Below are positions 10,451 to 24,170 of a DNA stretch of 64,000 bases, piece by piece (position 1 is the stretch's first letter; each line of letters begins with the position of its first letter). The notes under the pieces are model-generated. The model made no database searches. It was not told the origin of the DNA and was given only the letters and a program-made list of their open reading frames with translations. Position numbers and translations under genes: made by a program. Location: positions 30,600-94,599 of the IMG/VR virus record IMGVR_UViG_3300021387_001034. One strand, written 5' to 3'. This DNA is from a virus (Duplodnaviria; Caudoviricetes).

Positions 10451-10736
10451 TTATGTATGTCCTTACTGCGGCGAAAGTGACTACTATGAGCAATACTCAA
10501 CCTCTACTTGTATATATAGTCCGCCGCATTATAGGAATGGAATATTAGTAGAGGATAATCCTAACTATTGTACTACTTACTGCCAATGCGCGGTGTGCGG
10601 CCAAGTCTTCGTTGCTACTACACATCAGGGTGATGTTACATATGGCCCAATTTCTGATTCACCAGAAGTGACTTTAAATATGGTGTCTAAGAAAGTAGAT
10701 GTACTTCTTAGCGCATTAAAGGGGCAGCCGCAATGA
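10443..10736 (+). CDS. zinc-ribbon protein
   Basis: CPYC...CAVC. Confidence 0.75.
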   Translation: MSNYVCPYCGESDYYEQYSTSTCIYSPPHYRNGILVEDNPNYCTTYCQCAVCGQVFVATTHQGDVTYGPISDSPEVTLNMVSKKVDVLLSALKGQPQ

Positions 10737-10909
10737 TTAGATATCTAGAAAGTAAAAATCTTATTAATAAATATGCATTCGTGGTAGAGCCAACAGAGAA
10801 GGAAAAGCGCGAACTTGTAGAAAAAGGGTATACTTTCTATAGTCGTGCCGTAATTCAGACTAAGGATAGTCTCGACTATGGGAAGATAGAAGAAATCTGG
10901 ATTAAATAA
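10733..10909 (+). CDS. hypothetical protein, 58 aa
   Basis: ATGA overlap with upstream stop; open to TAA. Confidence 0.6.
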   Translation: MIRYLESKNLINKYAFVVEPTEKEKRELVEKGYTFYSRAVIQTKDSLDYGKIEEIWIK

Positions 10910-10938
10910 TTGACTTTTAGTTAAAATTATATTATAAT
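10910..10938 (+). promoter_or_regulatory. sigma-A/70-type promoter
   Basis: TTGACT-N17-TATAAT. Confidence 0.75.
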
Positions 10939-10963
10939 ATAGTTGTAAGAAAGGAGAGGAAGA

Positions 10964-11140
10964 ATGCGGAAGATTAGATGGTGGTGCGATACTGGTTTTG
11001 CTGGCGATGTACACGAAGGCGAGGTAGAATTATCTGATGATTATACTGATGAAGAAATCAGTGATTATGTTTACGAGGAAGTACTGAACTATATTACTTG
11101 GGGTTGGAACGAAGTAAATGATGAAGATGAAGGAGAATGA
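10964..11140 (+). CDS. small acidic hypothetical protein (MRKIRWWCDTGFAG)
   Basis: AGGAGAGG RBS; ATGA overlap with next gene. Confidence 0.7.
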   Translation: MRKIRWWCDTGFAGDVHEGEVELSDDYTDEEISDYVYEEVLNYITWGWNEVNDEDEGE

Positions 11141-11562
11141 AAATGAACGGAATTAAGATGTCTGATTGTCGGTTTTATGTCAACGAAGAAGAGCGCACGG
11201 TTATCTGCGTACTTCCTAATACTCGGCTTAATTTTATAAGCTATATGTATAATAGATTTATGTATCATAGAAACGTTCGTTTTAAGGTAGACGAGCGCGA
11301 ACTAGAGCTTCCAAAGCAGTTTATGGGCAAGGCCGTCTGTTCCAAGGAAGATGAATGGAGTGAGGAGACGGGCCGTATGATTGCCTTTGCTCGCGCTAAG
11401 AATAAGTTCTATAAGAGCTTCTTCAAGCGCGCAAACTTCCTAGTAAACTCCATTGATAAAGAACTAACCTATATGGTAGATACTTTTAATAAGTACGGCG
11501 AGGTACTCAATCAGAAGGATTCAGACCTCACGGCTGCGATTGAAGCGCGGCTTGCGAAATAA
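11137..11562 (+). CDS. hypothetical phage protein
   Basis: GKAVCSKEDEWSEETGRMIA motif common in phage proteins. Confidence 0.8.
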   Translation: MKMNGIKMSDCRFYVNEEERTVICVLPNTRLNFISYMYNRFMYHRNVRFKVDERELELPKQFMGKAVCSKEDEWSEETGRMIAFARAKNKFYKSFFKRANFLVNSIDKELTYMVDTFNKYGEVLNQKDSDLTAAIEARLAK

Positions 11563-11568
11563 AAAATA

Positions 11569-11590
11569 GGGCGAGGCTTATAGCCTCGCC
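11569..11590. terminator. bidirectional terminator between convergent genes
   Basis: GGCGAGGC-TTATA-GCCTCGCC flanked by A- and T-tracts. Confidence 0.75.
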
Positions 11591-12186
11591 ATTATTTTAT
11601 TTATTATGGAGCGTATTCGCGCGAATACTGCCTTTCTATTCCAGGTTAGTTTAGTTCCTGGATAATAATATTCTAGTATTTCCTTATATGTCTTACCCCA
11701 TTTCGCCATATTAATGGCGCCCATTTGACTCATACCAACACCGTGTCCTTGCTTTGTTTCTTTATCCCAAGTATCAGTCTTCGCCTATAGGTATGGAGTG
11801 TCGGTGCCCCATACCTCCAATCCAGACCTAATGCGGCCGCCATTGGAGTGACAGTAAACTGCCGAAATAGGCTTACCATTATACTCTAAAATCTATCCGA
11901 CCGTAGCTTCCGCCGCCATACGGCAAACCTTATAGTTAATGCGGTTGGCCCTGTAAGCCTATGCTACGCTCGCACTATCGGATATTACTTTGCCATCTAA
12001 TACTCCACGAGAAATGGCATACGTCCTTGCGGCAATAGCTTGCGCCTTGCACGCCTCCAGCTTGGCATTGCCAATTTCTCCTGCTACTACGCATGTAACA
12101 TAGTCTTCTAAGTCTACTTCCACTATCGTATCTTTGTTGCATCCGTAGTATTTCATATTTTCTTGCGTGGTGATTTTAACTTTCAT
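11578..12186 (-). CDS. SpoIID/LytB-family lytic transglycosylase (3 TAG at conserved Gln positions)
   Basis: [66 protein letters not shown]. Confidence 0.93.
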
Positions 12187-12225
12187 TTTCTCACCTCCTA
12201 TACTTTTTAGTATTAACACTACCAT

Positions 12226-12254
12226 TTGACTTTTATAATTTTTTATGTTATAAT
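12226..12254 (+). promoter_or_regulatory. sigma-A/70-type promoter
   Basis: TTGACT-N17-TATAAT with TG. Confidence 0.8.
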
Positions 12255-12275
12255 AAAAATGTTAGGAGGGATAAG

Positions 12276-12707
12276 ATGAACTACCAGCACTACTTGGATA
12301 TTGCGGCGGAATGTGCCGAATTTTCTACCTATACTGGGCCGAATCCGGTACAACTCGGATGCATTGCGGTGTACCACGGTACTATTCTGGCGAAAGGCAG
12401 CAATAGTGATAAGACCCATACGCGCCAGGCAAAGTATAACTACTTGCGCTATAGCGCGCAAACGGCGCATTACTATCCAGCTAAGGGTCATGCAGAGATA
12501 AACGTATTGGCTCGCATCAAGTATCTGGACATTGACTTCTCCAAGGTTACTCTCTTTATCTACCGCAAGCATAAGGATGGAACTCCCGCGCTTGCACGCC
12601 CGTGCGTATCGTGTGAGAAAGCAATCCGCGACCTGCGAATTGGGCGGGTAGTTTACTCCACTGATGATGGCTATGCGATTGAAAAATTTGTTTATAGCAA
12701 AGAATAA
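12276..12707 (+). CDS. zinc-dependent cytidine/dCMP-deaminase-family protein
   Basis: HAE...ARPCVSC...IGRVVYS. Confidence 0.9.
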   Translation: MNYQHYLDIAAECAEFSTYTGPNPVQLGCIAVYHGTILAKGSNSDKTHTRQAKYNYLRYSAQTAHYYPAKGHAEINVLARIKYLDIDFSKVTLFIYRKHKDGTPALARPCVSCEKAIRDLRIGRVVYSTDDGYAIEKFVYSKE

Positions 12708-12814
12708 AATAATAAAAACAGTTATAGCCTTTTCCTCATTATTATGAGGAAAAATGTTTTGAGACGCATTTAATGCGTCTCTATTTTTAATTTGAGAAAA
12801 AGGAGGTAAATGGA

Positions 12815-15800
12815 ATGGCGTATGAAAAATAGACCTGGACTGCCGGTGATGCGATAACCAAGTAGCGCATGGACCATATTGAAGATGGTATTTATGATGC
12901 TTCATTAGGCGAAGATAAAGTTAATAAATCGGCTGTCGCAAACAGGCTAGATGTGAATACAGAAGGTTATGTTTTAGATGCACGTCAAGGATAGGTTCTT
13001 AGCGGCCGCATTGCTGATGCTTTAACTGCAGCACAGCAGGCACAAGGTATGGCTAGTGCTGCACAACAAGGTAACCAAGCAGGTACGGACGCAAAGACGC
13101 AGATAGTTGCGGCTACTACAGGTGCAACTCCAAATTATGAATCATTAGCAGCAAGATTCGATGCAATAGATAAAACCTTTGGTATTAAAATTGTAGAAGG
13201 AGAACCTGTTTCAATTTATGGACCATCTCGCAGTGTGGCTTCTGTTGTAGAATTGATTAATAGTAATGCAGAAACTATTTTACGAGAAGTAGAAAATGCT
13301 AGAACAAACAACACGACTCATAATACATACGAGTCTTTAAGTGCACATCTAGATACTATTAATAGTAGTATTGCTACCTTAAGAGGCAATGTAGCGGATA
13401 TTAATGCCGCAGCCGGAACTGGGCATACACTTGTTGAGCGTATTAATCAGTTACAATTACTTCAAGACGAAGTAGACGCAGCACATCGTGAAGTAGCAGA
13501 AGGTGCTCCAGCAGACACATTAGTTGCACGCTTTACTGCAATAGAACAAGCGGCTTCTGATTTAGCAGCTACTGTATCTGCATTAGACACTGCAGTAGTT
13601 AAAAAGGTAGATGTTAAAGATAATTTTACGTCTAACGATACTAACTTACCCTTAAGTGCGCTTAAAGGTAAAGAATTGCGGCAGATGATTGGTGGTAACT
13701 TTGATGCCACTAATACTGTAGCTAAAGCAATCATTGATGCACAGAATACCGCGCAAACAAATGCCATCGACCACGCTGATGATAATAAGGTAGATAAGAC
13801 TAATATCTACAACGATTTAGACTATGTGCCAGCGCAAGATGCAACTGATGATAAGGTATTAGATGCGCGCCAAGGTAAGGCTTTAAAAGACTTAATTGAT
13901 AGTATGGATACTGCTTACAAGGCAGCAGATACTGCATTAGATGGGCGCGTTTCTGATGTTGAAGACGCTATTGATACTTTAAATGGTGATGCTTCTACTG
14001 AAGGCTCGGTATTAAATACTGTTAATACTCAAATTGCAGCCGTAGTTGCAGAAGCACCTGAAGCATTTGATACATTAAAGGAAATTGCAGATTGGATTGA
14101 TGACCATGGCGCGGATGCACTTGAAATGCAGCAAGACATTAGTGATAATGCTGATGCTATTACGGCCTTACAAAACACAGTAGGAGATGAAAACTCTGGT
14201 CTTGTTGCAACTGCTAATGCAGCGTTGTCTAAGGCTAATGCGGCCGCAGTTAAGACGGAAGTTGATAGTTCTTTAAGCGGATTAAATACTCGTTTAAATG
14301 CTATTGATGGCGGCGAAGCACTAACTGGTGCGAAGACATTAGCAACTCGTGTTAGCGAAGCAGAAAGTGCAATTACTAATCTACAAAGAGAACCCAAATC
14401 TGCGACTGAGGTTATTAGCGTAGAAGATTTTGAAGCCTTAGAGGCAAATGAAGCCAATAGCAATAAGGATTACTTAGTTGGTCCCGATAGTGATAATCTA
14501 TATAAGTATTATCACATTATCGAAACCTCAGATAATGTTTATACAAAAGTGTTAATTAGTGGCGGCGGAAGTGGTTCTGGCAATACTACTGGTTTAGACC
14601 TTTCTGCGGCTGAATTTGACGCTTTAACTTTAGACGATGTAAGCGAAAATACCGACTACTATGTTACTCGCGATGATGGAGTACATCACTATCGTTATGT
14701 ATCAATAGAAGATGCAGAAAGTGGTGAGTCTGTCTTAACTAAAGTTGAAATCGGTCAATTTGTTGATATAAATAAAATTAAACGTTATAATATAGCAACT
14801 GCCGCAGGTACTCAGGTCGATGAGAATGGGAATTAGGAAGCAGTTACTTATTTAAATTTCTATCAATACGACTATAATGAAGACAATACCCAAATTGATA
14901 CTTCAAAAACACCCTTTAAGCAAATTGTTCTTCCACAAGGTGGCGGAACCTCCTCTGCTTAGGTAAATAAGTTAATTCGTTTTGGTGATTAGACTGTACA
15001 GAAAATAGTAGGCTCTTAGATATTATTACGCGGCTTCTATTCTTCTTGGGATGCTGATGGAATACAAAGTACTGCAGGTACCGCGACATTACGTACTGGT
15101 AATACAGTAATTCAATCTAATTATACATTAGCTAGCGGCGCAAAGGATGCTGTTTTAGGTAATTGGACTATTGTTGATAATCCAGCATTTGAAAATAATG
15201 TTCCAGTTATTAATAATCCAGATACTAATAAAGTTTATATTATTAATCAAGATAATACTTATAGTACTTGGACCTATGATGGTAGCGCTTGGAATAGTAG
15301 TGAAGGTGCGCCTACTGGTTTCTATGTATTCGATGTTACAGATTATTGTTCTGTTGGTACTACTCAGTTTAATTTAAGTGTACAAGTCAATAATGATACA
15401 TTAGGTACTAGTTGGACTGTAAATATTATTGATTTACATCTAGAATCCGATGCACCCGAAGTATTACTTATTAATGCGGCCGAAGCTTATAATTTTCCAT
15501 ATACTGCTTTTGGCGCACTTACTAAGACCTTACATGTAATTATAGATGATGATACAGAGCATAAAATAACACAATCATTGTCTTCTGTTACTTCTGGGCG
15601 CGCGGCCTATGTTGCTATTCCTGCACAAGCTCACGGCGCGCATAAAATTGAAATGTATTTAACCGCAACGGTGGGCGGAAGTATTTAGACAACTGATAGT
15701 ATTATTCGTGAGTATATCTGGTATGATGTTAATAATACTGATGAACCTTTAATTTTAGCCTCTCCTAAAAATGGATAGACAATTACCGCTCAGCAGTATG

Positions 15801-18800
15801 CTACTATAGAGATTCCTTATTAGGTATATAAGAAGGGTACAAATAGTATAGTAGTTGATTATTATGCTGATGATACTTTATTTGGTTCTGTTACATTAAA
15901 CGATACTAACACTGGAACATTATCTTACCTTGCATCAGATACTGGCGCACATACATTAAAAATTATGGTAGATAACGATTCTGAAACAGCGTTAATAATC
16001 AATTTAAATATTACAGAACTAGATATCAATATTGCTCCTGTTGCGGGCGCGATTATTGATTTCGATCCAACTATGCTAACAAATAGTTCTACTAATCGTT
16101 TACCAAGTTGGACAGTTGGCGCAAATACCTATTCTTTAACCGCATCAGATAACTTTAACTGGTCTGAAGATACTAGTGGCGGTGGATATAAAGTTGATAC
16201 TGACGGCAAAGCTTTTGTAATTAAGGCTGGCTCATATGTAGATTTAAATTACCCAATGTTCGCGCGAAAGGATAATAACAATATTCTCACCACTGGTGCA
16301 GAAATGAAAATTATCTTTAAGGTTGGCGCTGTTCGTGACGTTAATGCTGTATGGTATCAAAACGTAGGTATTCTAACAGAGAAAACAGTGGGTATTCAAC
16401 TTGGCGCACATTCTGGTTGGTTAAAGACTGATAAAGCTACTGATACAACTACCGCTACCACGAATAGTGAATATCCAAAATGGGTATCTGGAACCACATA
16501 TGCATTAAATGATATTACTATTTATAAAGATACAATTTATAAATGTATTAAACTTTGTGAAGATCATACTGGTGTTGTTCCAGGTACAACCGCAGGTGAT
16601 ACTTATTGGAAAGTATTAACTGGCGATAATATTCCAGCAGATACGAGTGAAATAAAAGCTTGGGCTACTGGTACTGAGTATGCAAAAGATACTATTGTAA
16701 GCTATAATGCCGCATATTATAAATGCGCGAAAGCTATTATAAATGAAATCACAACTAATCCAAAGACTGCTTCTGATAACTGGTTATCAATGGGTAAGAT
16801 TGAAACCGAGATTTTAGCAACTAACTCTTATCTATATATGCCTTATTCTGAAGAGGATAAGATTGAACTAGACATTAATATTAATAAATATAATGCTAAT
16901 ATAGATACAAACTTTATAATGTCTTATGAAGATGGCGTTCCTAGTAAAGCATATGCTTATGAATATGGCGCAGCAGGCGATGGATTATATCATAACAATA
17001 CAATTCGTATTGGTTCTAATGATTGCGATGTTTATATTTATCGCTTACGTATTTATGATAAGTCTTTAACTACTGCTGATATTCTACAGAACTTTATTGC
17101 TGATGGTAATGGCATTTCTGAAAAGGTAGAGCGCTATAATCGTAACTGTATATATTGGGATAGCACACAAGAAAAGTACTTTACTTCTCCATCTGCTACA
17201 GCTGTGTTAGACCCAATTAAGCTAGCTGAAGTAATGCCAGATGTTAAGGTATTAATGTTAGACACACCCGTATTTACAGTAGGTAAAAAGAATTTTGTAC
17301 AAGGCAGTTCTTTACGTTGTATTCACGCGGATGGTGGTAACGTTTATAAGTCTCGTGGAGACGCTGATAACTGGCTATTTACAAATGGTTTCCACAGCGG
17401 CCAAGGTACTACTTCTGATAACTACGGACAAAGTGCTCGTAATGTTGACTTCTTATTTGAAGTTGATGGTGTAAATTATCCAACCAAGAAGAAGAACATG
17501 GGTACTTACAAGCCAAGCTCAGATTATGTATCTAAAGTTTATATTGGTAAAAATGCTTCTAGTTGGAATGGAACAACATGGGAGCCCGCGCGCGAACCCA
17601 CTGATAATGAAGTATGTGATAATTGGAAAGGAGATAAATGTAAAGTTAGTTTAACTGAATCTTCTGTTCCAAATAACTACTTCAACTTAAAGGTTAACGT
17701 TGCTTCTTCTGAAAACGTTAATAACGCGCTATTCCAGAAGCGCTATGATGACTTCCTAGTATATGATGCTCCTGCGCAAACTGCTCAAATTGCTAAACAC
17801 CGTGCAGCGTATTCTGCTTTAGGATTAAATCCCAATAAGATTAAAGTAAAGAATAGTATGGAGTTTGTACCAGCGGTTCTATTTGTGCGTGAAAATGAAC
17901 CTGATTTAACTAAGCATACTGAATTTACCGATACCAATTGGCACTTCTATGCTTTAGGTAATATCGGCGACTCCAAGAAAACAGACTATACTCGCGCATA
18001 TGACCCAGATGATATGAATGAATTTACTTGCGAGAACTCTGATAACAATACAAATAATGGTCAGTTCCAGTCTGGTGTATTTATGTATTAGAATGTTCGC
18101 GCGATTGAAACTCCATACGAAGCCTTTGATAGCGAAAAGACTTATAAAGCAAATGATATTGTTGTTAATAATGGTAATATTCAAATTTATGATGGTACGT
18201 CTTGGTCTAATGCTACATTAACTAATTGGACAGATAGCAAAACTCCATATTTCGCGCCATATACTGCTCCAAATACAATGCAATATTTATTCCCAGTTAC
18301 TCCTAGTGAATGGAATGTACAAGTAAATGGTGAATACGTTAACTATAAACATTATACATTAGTTAATGAAGAATTTGACGGCGATCATTCATTTGAATTC
18401 CGTTATGCTTGCCGTGGAGATTATCGTGACGGTGATTTAATTAATGTGACTGAAGATCAAGATGATGATGCGCAGTTTGATTTAAACCATAACGTTGTAT
18501 TAGCATTCTATGAATGGCTAGTAACCGCTACTGAAAAGCAATATGCCGCAGAAGCTCCACAGTGGTTCGTTAAGAGCGCTATGGAATTCTTCTATGCTTA
18601 CACCCATTATTATACAATGATGGACAACCGCGCGAAGAATACATTCTGGCATTTCGCTAAGACTGGTACCTACATTGAAGTTAGCCGCCCTGTAAAAGAA
18701 CTATTACATGTTTATGAAGAATCAACCGATGGCGGCAGTACTTGGGTTAAAGCTACTGGTACTGAAATTGATCCAGATAAGAAATATCGCACTCAATACG

Positions 18801-21800
18801 CATTTGACTTATGGGCTTACGATATGGATACAGCTTTAGGTATTGATAATAACGGCGCATTAGTATTCCCATATGGTAAAGAAGATGGTGATTATCGTAC
18901 TGAAGGCGACCCCGCTTCCGGTTATGCATTTAACGGTGCAGGTTCGATTTTCTGGCGTAGACTTAAGAATACTTTCTCTGGTGATTTAGCTGATATTATG
19001 AATCAAGCAAAAGATTGTTTCAAGTCAGAAGATTTAATCAATGAGTTTGATACATATCAGAATTGCTATCCAGAAGAAATTTGGCGTCTAGATATTGAGC
19101 GCAAATATATTCGTACATTTACGGGAATCACTCAAGCTTTATCATACGATAATTCAGTAGCTGCTGGTAAGCAGAATCCACGTTTCTTAACTTCTATGAT
19201 GCAAGGGCGTAAGAAGTATCAACGTCGTCAATGGATTCGTAACTAGGGTGTATATTTCAACAGTAAATATCGTTTAACTGACATTATTGATAATAGTAAT
19301 ACAATTGAATTTAACTGTACTACTCCCGCAGATATTGAAAATATTGCTGTAACTCCAAGTTATTATTTACAGTTAGTTCCTTATCAGGATATGTATTTAA
19401 ATGTATAGGTAGGTAATGGAAATTATCAAGATAGTTATATTACCGCCGATGGTAGTAAGAATTTACGTGCAAAAGCGGGACAAACTTATACATTTGCATT
19501 AGGAATTAGTGGTAAATTATCAGTTCAGGAAACCCGTATTTATATTAATGGCGCAAATCATCTTTCTGCAATTGGCAACCTAGCACCAATGTATCCATAT
19601 TCATTTGACTTACGTGCGTTAGCGCATATTAAGACTTTAAATATTGGTACTGATGTTAGTGAGTATACTAATACGAAGTTCACTGAACTAAAACTTCCTA
19701 CCTTTATGCCACTATTAGAATCTTTAAATATTAAAAACTGCCATAGTGTTGCTGGTACAATTACTTTATCAACCGCAAATAATATCAGAACAGTAGAAGC
19801 TACAGGTACGGCAATTAGTGGTATCTCTTTACCAGATTATACCAATATTGAAACCTTACACATTCCATCTACTGTAACTGCATTGAACCTCTATGGCGCG
19901 AGATTTTTAACAGACTTTAAGGTATATAGTAGCGCTGGTGTAAATGATTATAGTACATTATATAAATTACATATTTATGATAGTGACTATTCATCTGAAG
20001 TAGATTGGATTGATATTGCATCCGCAATATTATCTAAACAAAGCTTACAGACTGAACTTTCATTATTGAAACTATCAACTGCAACGATTGGAGATATTTA
20101 GGAACTAGAGCCGTTCAATGAATTCAAATCTACTCTTGAAAATAATGGCGGCATCCTCGAACTCGGTGGCACGATTCATATTACTGGCGCTTGGTCTGAA
20201 ATTGAGCGTGATAATTATATGTCAATTTGGCCGCAGTTGACCTTCGATACGTCAGCAGGAACTAAGCAAACAAAACATAAGGTTACATATAAATATGACG
20301 CCTATGAAGATAATGATGGTAATATTGTAAATGGTGATATTATTAAAGAGCTTTATGTAAATGATGGTGCGACTGCGCCGGATATTTATAGTAATGGAAT
20401 ACTCTCTGAGATGCCGCATCGTGACCCAACAGTACGAGTTTCATATGAATTCGGTAGTATTGATGCTCTTAGCGATACATATATTCCATATTCTGGATGG
20501 CAATTATCAGGTTCTACCACTTCTCTATATGAAGCAGGCGGTGCTCCTATTATTCGTCAGGATACAGTAATTGAAACTCACTTTGAAACTGTATCTAGAG
20601 CATATTATGTAAAATGGTTTATGAACGAAGATCCGGCTTCATTAGTAAAAACCAGCACGGCGCCAGTAGCCTATGGAGAAGGATACGATCTAGAAGCGCC
20701 AACAGTAGCCGAAATTCACGCGGCAGGGCAGACAACTTGCTCAGTTAATATTAATAATATCGGACAAGCTACTTATTCTATATTTAATGGATGGGAAAAA
20801 CTGCCAACAAATATTACGCCATCAGCTAATGATGAAACATATAATATTTATGCAACCTATGATACTGGCACTGTAATAATAGATGATTTATTCAATGCTA
20901 ATAATTTAGATAACTTAACTCCAGTACAATTGTTGGTATTATCAGCATTAGATTCTACTGGGAAATCAACTTATGGCATTGATAGTAAAATTGCTGTAGG
21001 TAAGAGAGTTACCTATACAATGGGTCAAGACAGTATTGCGACAGGAACTACATTAGTTAGTGGAAATCCATTACGCTTAGATGGTGCAATTGATGCTAGT
21101 TATGCTACAAATATCTAGCCCTTAAAAGCAGGTAATGATGCTTTTACATTAGCAATTGACTACTGCTTTAATCCCAATGCTACATATAGTAGTAATGCAT
21201 CTTTCGCGACATTAGCTAGTGTATATTATGGTTCTACTACTGAAGGTATTCGTAATGGTTTAAGTTTATTCTATGGTTTGAATAGTTCTATATATGGATT
21301 ACGAGTTGGTTGGGGAGATATGTATAGTCAAGCAGGTCAATCTAAAATAGTAGGAAATACTACTAATATGGGACAGCGTAATATAGTTGTATTACGTCAT
21401 CCTAAAGGAAGCAATACACTTTATATTTATTCAGGATTAAATGGAAATATTAATACTCCTGAGAATGTTGAAGTCTAGACATTAGATTGGTCTAATTACA
21501 ATTCCGATGCTTATTTAAACTTTGGGCGACTTACAAGCGGAACAACAGATAGCACTGATGATATTCCTAATACTGTTGTTAATGGTAAAGGAACTATTTT
21601 CTGGGCCAAATATTGGCCTGAAGATTTAGGCATAGGAGAATGTAAACGCTTAGCGGCATGGCCGCATGAAACTATTACATATGCTATTTCTCAATTAAAG
21701 AGTAGTAGTACTAGCACTACACGAGTTTCTTCTACTACGGCGGTATCACCTTCAATTTATTTATCTGCGTTAACTGCTTCTTCTCATATTAAAATTGCAT

Positions 21801-22624
21801 AGGCTAAAGTATAGGGCATTACTAACTTTAGTGCAAGAGATTATTCAGTAGCAAGGACACTATGTAATAAACGTGTATTTGCAGGGTTGCCAACTAATAT
21901 TTAGGCAATTATGTGTCAACCTAATATTTCTTATACACAAGTGAATTACTCGGCAGATCAAAATAGTGGTAATATATCTTATACATTAAACGAAAACAAT
22001 TCGTTAATTGGAAAAGATTATGTATTCTAGTATAGCGCCGGTAACTTAACAAATAAGGTTTCGACTTATATCCAGCGCGAAGATGGAAATTTCCCATGGT
22101 TAAACAATAATGTTGTTGCATATACTTATTCCTCTTCTAGCGGATGGACTTAGAATTCTAATGATTCTAACTCTTATTATATGAATATTCGTACTCCATT
22201 TAAAGCATTAACTTGGAGCGGTTCAAATAAGATGCGTGTCTTTAGAGAGTACAATACTCAAATTCCGTCAAATGTACAAATTGCTAGTAGCATTGCTAAT
22301 ACTGGTGAAATTAGAAGTGGAGATATTTATATTGATACTTATAATCAAGCTTATATTTATGTATTAAATAGTGAAATATAGGCACTAGGTATATAGATTA
22401 TGCCTACTACTGGGGACTATGCTAAATTTAATACAAGTAATCTTAGCAATACTAGCTTACGTGGCGGTTGGGTCCGCGCAGAAGACTATTGGACTCGTTC
22501 TGTAATTGCTGGTAGCAATGCTGAAAACTTTGCTTATGTTAATGAATATGGCGAAGTTGAAACAACAACGACTAATAGTGCTAACTCAGCTGGTCTAAAT
22601 GTTATGTATACATTTGCAATCTAA
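12815..22624 (+). CDS. giant virion protein (~3269 aa): coiled-coil N-terminus, CBM5/12-like repeats, LamG-like segment, CotH-like kinase motif region, LRR-like region
   Basis: AGGAGG RBS; MAYEK*TWTAGDAITK*RMDHIEDGI; ORFs 13049/15965/18278/19589/20219/21278/22181/22400 share one frame and are separated by TAG; ends TAA. Confidence 0.88.
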
Positions 22625-22630
22625 TATAAT

Positions 22631-22660
22631 AGGAGGCAACAGCAATGTTGCCTCCTTTTT
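22631..22660 (+). terminator. intrinsic terminator-like hairpin
   Basis: AGGAGGCAAC-AGCAAT-GTTGCCTCCT-TTTT. Confidence 0.7.
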
Positions 22661-22672
22661 GGAGGTATTTAA

Positions 22673-23392
22673 ATGAAATATTTTAAATTAATTAAAGATC
22701 AACAGATAGTTGGAGCAGCCAGTTCTAATGACTTTATTTACTATTCTCCTATAGTAGATTGTTATTTGCATACAACTGAAGAGTATGGTGAATACATTTC
22801 ATTTTAGAACAAGCTATATAGAGATACTTGGATGTCTCCAACTAAGTTACCCGAGAACTATATTTCAGTTTAGGTAACAGAAATCACTGAAGAAGAATAT
22901 AATATTTTCATGCAAGCAATTGAGCATAATGAAACTATTATTGAAGAAGATGATACTGAATGGCCGGATTACAATGAACAGCCATTAATACCAGATGATG
23001 GGGCCGTAGATTTCGTACGTCAATCTAAACTTTCCGAAATGTCCTACGCCTGCCGCCAGGCAATTGAATCTGGTATTGACTTACAAATCCAAGGTGAAAA
23101 CCGTCACTTCTCTCTTACCACTCAAGACCAACTCAATCTAATGACTTTAAGCGCAACAGGTGAAGGCGCACCCTATCACGCAGATGGACAAGAATGCACT
23201 TTCTACTCTGCTGAAGAAATTCAATAGCTTATGGCCGCAGTAAACAAACACAAAACCTACCATACCACTTACTATAATTCTCTAAAGAATTACATCAACT
23301 CACTACAAACAATCGAAGAGATTGCCGCAATTACTTACGGTATTGAAATCCCAGATGAATACAAATCTGAAGTATTGAAGGTGATTGAATGA
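22673..23392 (+). CDS. DUF4376-like tail-associated protein (3 TAG)
   Basis: GGAGG RBS; HFSLTTQDQLNL...YHADG..C..YSAEEI...YHTTYYNSLK. Confidence 0.8.
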
Positions 23393-23805
23393 AACGTGTA
23401 TTTAAAGATTTAATCTTATTTATAATCTTTGGCGCAATTTATTTTGGTCTTGAATGTATATGGAAAGGCGCGGCAACGCACTGGACAATGTTCGCAATGG
23501 GCGGTTTTATGGGCGTATTAATTGGCGGCATTAATGAAAAAATTGGATGGGATATGCCAGTTTTCCAGTAGTGCACAATTAGTATGGGCGTAGCTATTTT
23601 CTGTGAAGCCGCATTAGGAATAATATTAAACATCCTATTGCGCCTAGACATTTGGCAATATACAAAAATGGCATTCTTTTGGAACCAATGCAGCCTACCT
23701 TTCTGCGTTATTTGGTTTGTACTTGGAAGTGCCTGTATCTTCCTCGATGACTGGCTTCGTTGGAAGCTTTTTGGAGAAGAAAAACCTCATTATAAGTTAA
23801 GGTGA
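23389..23805 (+). CDS. 4-TM membrane protein (putative-ABC-permease-like family; 1 TAG)
   Basis: joins ORFs 23389 and 23584; THWTMF..GG, LDIWQY, QCSLPF. Confidence 0.8.
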
Positions 23806-23810
23806 TGTAA

Positions 23811-24170
23811 ATGGCAAATAGAGTTGCCGCAGTAGCCTTATAGTACAGTAAATGGCTCAGCCGCTTTATATGTTGGGTCTGGGCCATTTACCGTTTTTCA
23901 GTTATTATTGCGGCCGCAATTGTACCATCTGCGGCAACGGCGCTTGTTTCTACTATCGCGGGGCTAGATACAATTATGCTTGTTAATGAAGGTACGTATC
24001 TAGTAAACAGCCTTGGCGAGAAGATAATCTATAGCGACCGCTTTGTACTGAAATGGCTAGAAAAGGGCGGCTTTAAATCATTAATAGGAAAATTAGCTTC
24101 TCATATAGAAGAAGAAGGAGATGAAGAAGATGGCGACAGCAACGACGACAGTAGTGATAACAACGGATAA
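23811..24170 (+). CDS. membrane protein, possible holin/antiholin (1 TAG)
   Basis: hydrophobic, acidic tail, directly upstream of endolysin. Confidence 0.6.
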
